A stretch of 64,000 nt of DNA, from contig CAWGIE010000039.1 in assembly GCA_963822585.1 (NCBI GenBank), positions 64,001-128,000 on the forward strand, given 5' to 3'. Source of the DNA: an uncultured bacterium (GTDB taxonomy: Bacteria > Auribacterota > Erginobacteria > Erginobacterales > Erginobacteraceae). The position numbers and the translations under genes are program-made. The notes beneath the pieces were generated by a model, which worked only from the letters and a program-made list of their open reading frames with translations, had not been told where the DNA came from and ran no database searches. How positions within the stretch are numbered: position 1 is the first letter of the stretch; the number at the start of each line of letters is the position of its first letter. Below are positions 58,510 through 64,000 of the stretch, piece after piece.

Positions 58510-61500
58510 TTATATCTCACTCAAAGCCCGGAAACTATCGACCGTGTATCCGGCCACCCCCGCCATCTTGGGGATGACGAACTCCAGATACTCCCGGTAG
58601 TTGTTGGACGCGAGCTTGCGGACCGGAGACCCCGGCAAAAACCGGGGCATGCACTCCGCCACCCGGTCATTCCCGATAAACTGCTTTCCGGCCACGGCCG
58701 CCACGGCCTGCGAGCAGTCGATCGATCCGGAGGGATCATCGACCCTCATCAGGGCCGTGATCTGATCCTCGCGCGGGAAAGCCACCTCTTCCTCGCTGTA
58801 GAGGAGATAGCCGGGATTGAGGTTCTTGAAGTGGGCCGCGATGAGCGGGAAAGAGGGATCGAACTCCCCCTTCCGCCGGTCAAACGAGGGAGAGAGCGTG
58901 GCGACCAGGCGCAGCTTCGACGCCTTCTCCCCCCTCCTGGGAGACGAGATCGATCACGTAGGTATTGGCGTCCATCCGCCGGCCCACCTCCGCGGCCCGC
59001 TCCTCGACCCCGTCGAAGAAGATCGGCTGGACGGAGACCGCGCTGTAATCACTCCCCTCTTCGATAAAGCCGGCCAGCAGATCGGCCAGAAGGACCATGT
59101 GCGGGTGGAGGAGCTGGCGGAGGCGTTTTTTAATCTTCGGGTTTTTCTTGATATCGGCCACCGCCAGCACTTCCCCGCCGCCGTCCTCGCTCCAGCCGAT
59201 GATTCGGGCCAGCGCCGGCAGATCGAGACGTTTTTTCCCGTCGCCGGTATTGACCAGAATCACCCGGTACATCATCCCCTGGGAGAATACCAGGTAATCG
59301 AACTCCTGGGTCCGTTTCAGGTAATTGATTACCTGGAGAAACGACGGTTTCTCCTCGCCGGCTTTTTTGTTTACTTTCGGCGCCCGGGTAAAAAGAACCC
59401 GGAGCGTGTCGCCGGGATCGTCCTTCTTCTCAAGCTTGATCTCGAACGTATTCTCCCCCACGTGCTTGAGCGCCTTCTCGATCGGCTCGACATACTCCGG
59501 CACCGGAACTTCGGAGACGCCTTCGTACACCAATCCCGAGAAATCCGCCACCACCTTGCCCAGGTATTCCAGGTATTCCAGAAAGTTGGTGTCCCGAACC
59601 TTATCCAGCCGTTCGATCGGGAAGTTGGGGTTGGAGACCGGCTTGCAGGTGGCGGCGCCGGAATGGCCGCCGTCGGCTTTGGTCCCCATCGCCTGGCAGA
59701 CCGTGCTCAGATTGAGTGATGTCTCTTCCTCGTTCGGCTTCCGGGTCGTCATCAGATGGGAGCCATAGCAATAGAAAATATAGTCGGCGGGATATCCCTT
59801 CTTCCCCATCCAGTACCCGATCGCCGAGGCGACATTGACCTGGACCTCTCCTTTCTTGGCATCACAGAACGGGGAGATCGCCGCCATGATCCGGACCCGG
59901 GCGTCGTCGCTGTCCGGCTTGTGGAAGTCGATCCTTCCCAGTACCTGCTCGGTCCGGGGGAGTACCTTTTCCAACCCGGCTTCATATTCCGCGACTTTCT
60001 TATCCCAACCGGCTGCCTGCATGATATTGCGCATGCTCTCATAGTCCTTGATCCCCTCGGCCAGCCCGGTCGCCATCTCCACCTTGCTGAACTTGGAGCC
60101 GATCAGCTTGGAGAGTTCCAGCGCCAGGGGCTCCATCTCGATGTGAAGATCCTGGAGAAGGGCGATCCTGCGCATCTCGGCCAGGCCCGGATTGTCCCAG
60201 GGCTGGCCTTCAATCCGGTCCTTGTAGACCAGGGCCGAACCACAGGTCTGTTCCTCAATTGGCAATTCCTGTCCCCGGGGGAGGCTCTGAACCTGAATAT
60301 GCTTGATAATCCCCTCGCTCTCCAGTTTTTTCAGAAGATCGAATATCTCCTGTGTGTAGGGATGGTGGTCGTCGATGCTCTCAAACCGGACGTCCTTTTC
60401 CCGAAGATCCCGGAACTGCCGTTCGATCACGGTCAGGGATACTTTCATCGCCCGGTCGTCGCCCAGCGCGGCTGCTTCCTTCTCCTCGAATTCCTCCTCG
60501 GATATCTCGGAGCCGATCTCGTCGAAAATCTCCGCCACTTCCGTGTCGGGGGGAGGTACATCCGAGGGGAGAAATATCTCCTGAAGATCGTCGAAGGTGA
60601 TCGAGAAACGGTACCGCTCGTCCGGAGAAGAGGGGATATATTTCACCAGCACCGCCCCCCGTTCGTCGGTGGGGACGGTGACGGTGTCTTCGGAACTGCT
60701 CGCGCCGTCGGGGAGCAGGAAGGAGCCGGATCCCTCCAGCCGTTTGATCACGATCTCGATCCCGGGGACCGCTTTCCCGGTGGCGTCCTCGGTCAGCATG
60801 ATCCGGATGGTGTAATCCTTCTCCCGGATCCCGGGGGGGGGGAGATACTCTCCGATATCGGTGATGATCCGCAGGGTGTCATTCAGGGATTCATCGATCC
60901 CGGCGATCGTTTTTTTCAGGTCTTCCGATGCCCCGGCGGGGAGTGCGCCGGAGAGAGCAATCATTACCCGGAGATGCCGTTTCAAGTCTTCTCCGACCGC
61001 CCGGAGATTGTGGTCGTAGGCTTCTTTCTGCTTTTCGTCCCAGGGCAGGTCGCGGAGCTGTTTCAGCCCCCGGATCAGGTAGGCGGCCATCTCCACCATC
61101 ACGATGATAAGCTCGTCAGTGTAATTGACCCGGCCGTTGGTGGACATATCCAGCTTGCTGGCCCCATCGAAAGCGATGATGGCTTCGCGCTCGTTCCCTT
61201 TCTTGACCAGGAGGTCGACCATATTCTCCTTGGAAGAGTTGCTCAAAGGCCCCTTCAACGACTTCTTCAAGTCCTTCAGCTTGGTCCCGGTCAGGTTGGC
61301 AACCATCCCTTTCAGGTACCCGGCCAGAAAAGCCGAAATTTCCCCGTCCGCGCCCTCCGAAAAGGCGACTTCAAGTTCGGTCACATGACGGATTACCTGC
61401 AGGATGTTGAGGGCGGTGAGAAGAGCGGCCCGCTCCTGGTGCTCCAGTACCTTGGGGATCTGCTTGAAGGTGTTGTTGAAAATGTCCTTCAGATTGGCGC

Positions 61501-61882
61501 TGACCCGGCTCGCATTCCGGATGATCCAGAGCTTGAAGTCGTTGATTTCCCGCGTGAACCGGTTGATGAGGTCGATGGACTCATCCTCTTCCATGACCAG
61601 CATCTTCATCCGGGTGGTGAGGGCGTCGATGGGGAAATCCGGGAGATAGATATCGCAGCCGGAGTGAACCGCCAGGTGACTGATCCCCTCGGAGTAATTC
61701 ATGAATTCAAATTCAAAATCCTGGCCGTAAACCGGGTCGCGGCCCAGTTCATCCTTGAGCGCGTTTTTCGCCCAGACCATATAGAAAGCGTTGGAAGAGA
61801 CGGTGTCAAGGTCGCCGCCGCCCTCTTTCCCGATCCCCCGGTTGACTCCCTTTCCGTGGATGATAAATATCTTCTTCCTCAT
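58510..61882 (-). CDS. Large DHH-family phosphoesterase-like protein with an internal insertion and three tandem DHHA1-like domains; frameshift at the C6 run 58929-58934
   Basis: IIH..GDLDTVSS, YLPD, IDDHH, CGSALVY and GGHSGAA motifs. The alternative frame from ~58930 is open to the stop at 58510 and repeats the preceding domains. Confidence 0.7.
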
Positions 61883-61924
61883 GCGGTTTCCTCCAGAAAT
61901 TCTTATTTGTTTTGTTCAATCTTT

Positions 61925-61953
61925 AGATTACCGATTAAAGAACGGGCTGTCAA
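61925..61953 (-). promoter_or_regulatory. Putative sigma70 promoter of the large DHH-like gene
   Basis: TTGACA-N17-TAATCT on the minus strand. Confidence 0.45.
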
Positions 61954-62088
61954 GATTGGAACGGGAAAGATGTTCTCCCAATAAATACGATTGAAAAACC
62001 ACGCCCAATCGTTTACAACTGAAAAGTTAAATGCAAAGACACCGGGTTACTGCTTTCGAGTTGCATCTCAAAGATAAGGAATCACATC

Positions 62089-63357
62089 ATGACCACACCG
62101 CCGGCAAGCACCGACCAACGGATTTTCGGCAAAGTCCTGAGCACCATCCAGGAACTGATCAGCATCCCCAGTCTCTCGGGGCGGGAAGAACAGGCGGTAA
62201 AATACCTGATGCGGGTGGCATCGCGGCTCGGTTTCGACCGGATCGGGACCGACCGGATGGGCAACCTGATCGTGGAAGCGGTGATCGGCAGCGGCGAGGG
62301 ACCGGTGATCGTCCTCACCGGGCATACCGACACCGTCAATGCCGACCCCGGCAGCTGGGCGCCGGAGACGCGGCCCTGGACGGGAGCGATCCGGGACGGG
62401 AGGCTTTACGGACGGGGCGCGGCGGATATGAAGTCCGCCTTGGTCTGTATGCTCTCGGCGGCGGCGGCGATCGCGCGCCAACCCGCGGAGTGCAGCGGCA
62501 GGATCGTGGTCGTGGGAACGGTGGTGGAAGAACTCTTTGAAGGGGTCTGCTTCCTGGAAGCGCTGAAGCTGATCCAGCCCGATTTCATCATCGTCGGCGA
62601 GGCGTCGGATGGACAGATCAACATCGGGCAGCGGGGGCGGGCGGAGATCGTCATTACCTCTTTCGGCCAGGAGCAGCATGCCTCTACCGGGCGAAAGGTG
62701 ATCAACGCGATCGAACAGAGCGCTTACATCATCGACGCCTTCCACCGCTGGTACCGGTCGGACGTTGACCAGGTGCTCGGGAAAAGAAACATCGTTCCCA
62801 CGGATATCAAGATCCCCGTCGGCGGGGGAGGCGGCCTGGACGGCCGGGGGGGGAACTCCACCGTTCCCAAACGGGTTGAGATAACCTATGATATCAGGAC
62901 CCTGGTCGAGGATACCCGGGAGTCGGTCCTGGGGCTGGTCCAGAACAGTATAAAGAACGTGGTCACCTACGGACGCAAGCGCTATCCGAAATTCCGGGAT
63001 CCCTCCATCGAGTTCGCCGCCGAGGAAGCCCGGACCTGGACCGGGATCGCCATCAAGCAGGAGAAGTTCGCCCCCGCCTGGAAGACGGCCCCGGAAAGCG
63101 CGCTGGTGCAAAAAGCTCTCCGGGGGGTGGAGAACGCCCTTGGAAAACGGCCCGACCGGGGACACTATTCGTTCTGTACCGATGGAAGCGCGGTCATCCC
63201 CTACGCCCAGCTCTTCCCCGAAAAGGAACCGGCTATTATCGGCTACGGACCGGGCAAGGAAGACCAGGCTCACACGGTGAATGAATCGATCGGGATTGAC
63301 GATCTGAAACGGATCCTCCTCGGGTACCAGGGAATATGCCGGGAACTGTTGAAATAG
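62089..63357 (+). CDS. M20 family metallohydrolase (ArgE/DapE/YgeY-like)
   Basis: GHTDTV, GRGAADMK, VEE, GEAS and GYGPG..QAHTVNE. Confidence 0.9.
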   Translation: MTTPPASTDQRIFGKVLSTIQELISIPSLSGREEQAVKYLMRVASRLGFDRIGTDRMGNLIVEAVIGSGEGPVIVLTGHTDTVNADPGSWAPETRPWTGAIRDGRLYGRGAADMKSALVCMLSAAAAIARQPAECSGRIVVVGTVVEELFEGVCFLEALKLIQPDFIIVGEASDGQINIGQRGRAEIVITSFGQEQHASTGRKVINAIEQSAYIIDAFHRWYRSDVDQVLGKRNIVPTDIKIPVGGGGGLDGRGGNSTVPKRVEITYDIRTLVEDTRESVLGLVQNSIKNVVTYGRKRYPKFRDPSIEFAAEEARTWTGIAIKQEKFAPAWKTAPESALVQKALRGVENALGKRPDRGHYSFCTDGSAVIPYAQLFPEKEPAIIGYGPGKEDQAHTVNESIGIDDLKRILLGYQGICRELLK

Positions 63358-63465
63358 GCAGTGGGGAGTAGGCAGTGGGCAGTGGCAAAAAAATGAACGT
63401 CCAACGTCGAACGAAAAAGCCCCGAATGGGCGCTATTTAATAGGCCGGGGCGCCAGCCCCGGTAC

Positions 63466-63490
63466 TAAAATTTTCCGGAGGAAAATTTTA
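63466..63490 (+). promoter_or_regulatory. RBS-covering hairpin identical to the one before acsB
   Basis: TAAAATTTTCC-GGA-GGAAAATTTTA; ATG at 63493. Confidence 0.65.
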
Positions 63491-63492
63491 TT

Positions 63493-63864
63493 ATGAAACG
63501 AGAATTCATCGGCATCATCGGGAAACTGAGCTGCGAACTGGCGGAAGAAAAAGGGGTGGTCATCGTGACCCTCAGCGGGCAGGCCGATGTCTACACATCC
63601 GGGGAGGTGGGAAAAATTCTGGAGGCCTATCTGGCCCGCGGGCAGGCGAAGATCCTGCTCGATATGGAAAATTTGCGCTATCTCGACAGTTCCACCCTGG
63701 CCACGCTTCTGAAAATTCAGAAAAAAGCCCGGGCCGGCGGCGGGGGCGTGAGACTTCTCCGGCTGGGAAGCGAACCCCGAAAGGTCTTCGAGGTGAGCGG
63801 CTTTCTCAACCTCTTCGAGACCTTCGAAGACCGGGAGGCCGCCATCCAAAGCTTCCAAACATAG
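63493..63864 (+). CDS. STAS domain anti-sigma factor antagonist
   Basis: LSGQAD, LDMENLRYLDSS and VFEVSGF. Confidence 0.92.
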   Translation: MKREFIGIIGKLSCELAEEKGVVIVTLSGQADVYTSGEVGKILEAYLARGQAKILLDMENLRYLDSSTLATLLKIQKKARAGGGGVRLLRLGSEPRKVFEVSGFLNLFETFEDREAAIQSFQT

Positions 63865-63886
63865 CTCCGCCCGGCCCGGCCAATTA

Positions 63887-64000
63887 AAAACTACGAATTT
63901 CGCGAAACTTGTCCTGAGCGTAGCCGAAGGATTACACGAATTTATTTTAAAACAAGTCTCCACTATTGACTTAATGCTTATACACTTTTATTTTTCCCGG
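63887..64000 (+). repeat. Second copy of the 26636-26760 repeat (cut by the window edge)
   Basis: Co-linear similarity over ~115 nt, ending tttttcccgg. Confidence 0.85.

Noticed and set aside
59756..61984. 742-aa ORF on the + strand
   Set aside because: Antisense shadow of the DHH-like gene in GC-rich DNA, with no recognisable motifs.

Overview
This is GC-rich bacterial chromosomal DNA from an anaerobic diderm, judging from the LpxL-family acyltransferase, FadL, AsmA and beta-barrel genes. From memory the FG-GAP-like repeat proteins resemble those of Ca. Auribacterota/PVC-associated lineages; this is unverified. Bases 2.7-23.4 kb hold a Wood-Ljungdahl cluster: cooC, cooS, a CooF-like ferredoxin, an FAD/NAD oxidoreductase, acsB, acsC, acsV/RACo, acsD, acsE, folD and a Pta N-terminal-only protein. 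A ~5 kb, more AT-rich, opposite-strand island splits the cluster between acsB and acsC; it carries two IS elements and a doubly disrupted LamG gene. The rest is mostly housekeeping, envelope and signalling genes: a hybrid kinase, two solute-binding proteins, a solo Cas4-like nuclease, fadL, rpiB, rpe, pstSCAB, hexokinase, S1/P1 nuclease, a TMTC-like glycosyltransferase, lepA, cysE, an S8 protease, an M20 hydrolase and a STAS protein. Four observations stand out. (1) Three unrelated, probably exported proteins end in the same module of six ~40-aa repeats with a terminal D(I/V)PV(A/V)R, a candidate sorting or anchoring domain. (2) A ~1,120-aa DHH-like phosphoesterase has a ~420-aa insertion inside its catalytic domain and three tandem C-terminal domains. 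(3) A co-varying hairpin, TTTTCC-GGA-GGAAAA, covers the Shine-Dalgarno sequence of at least five genes. (4) Intergenic regions carry many nested palindromic repeats. Three reading-frame breaks sit in homopolymer runs and may be sequencing errors. No rRNA, tRNA or CRISPR array was recognised.
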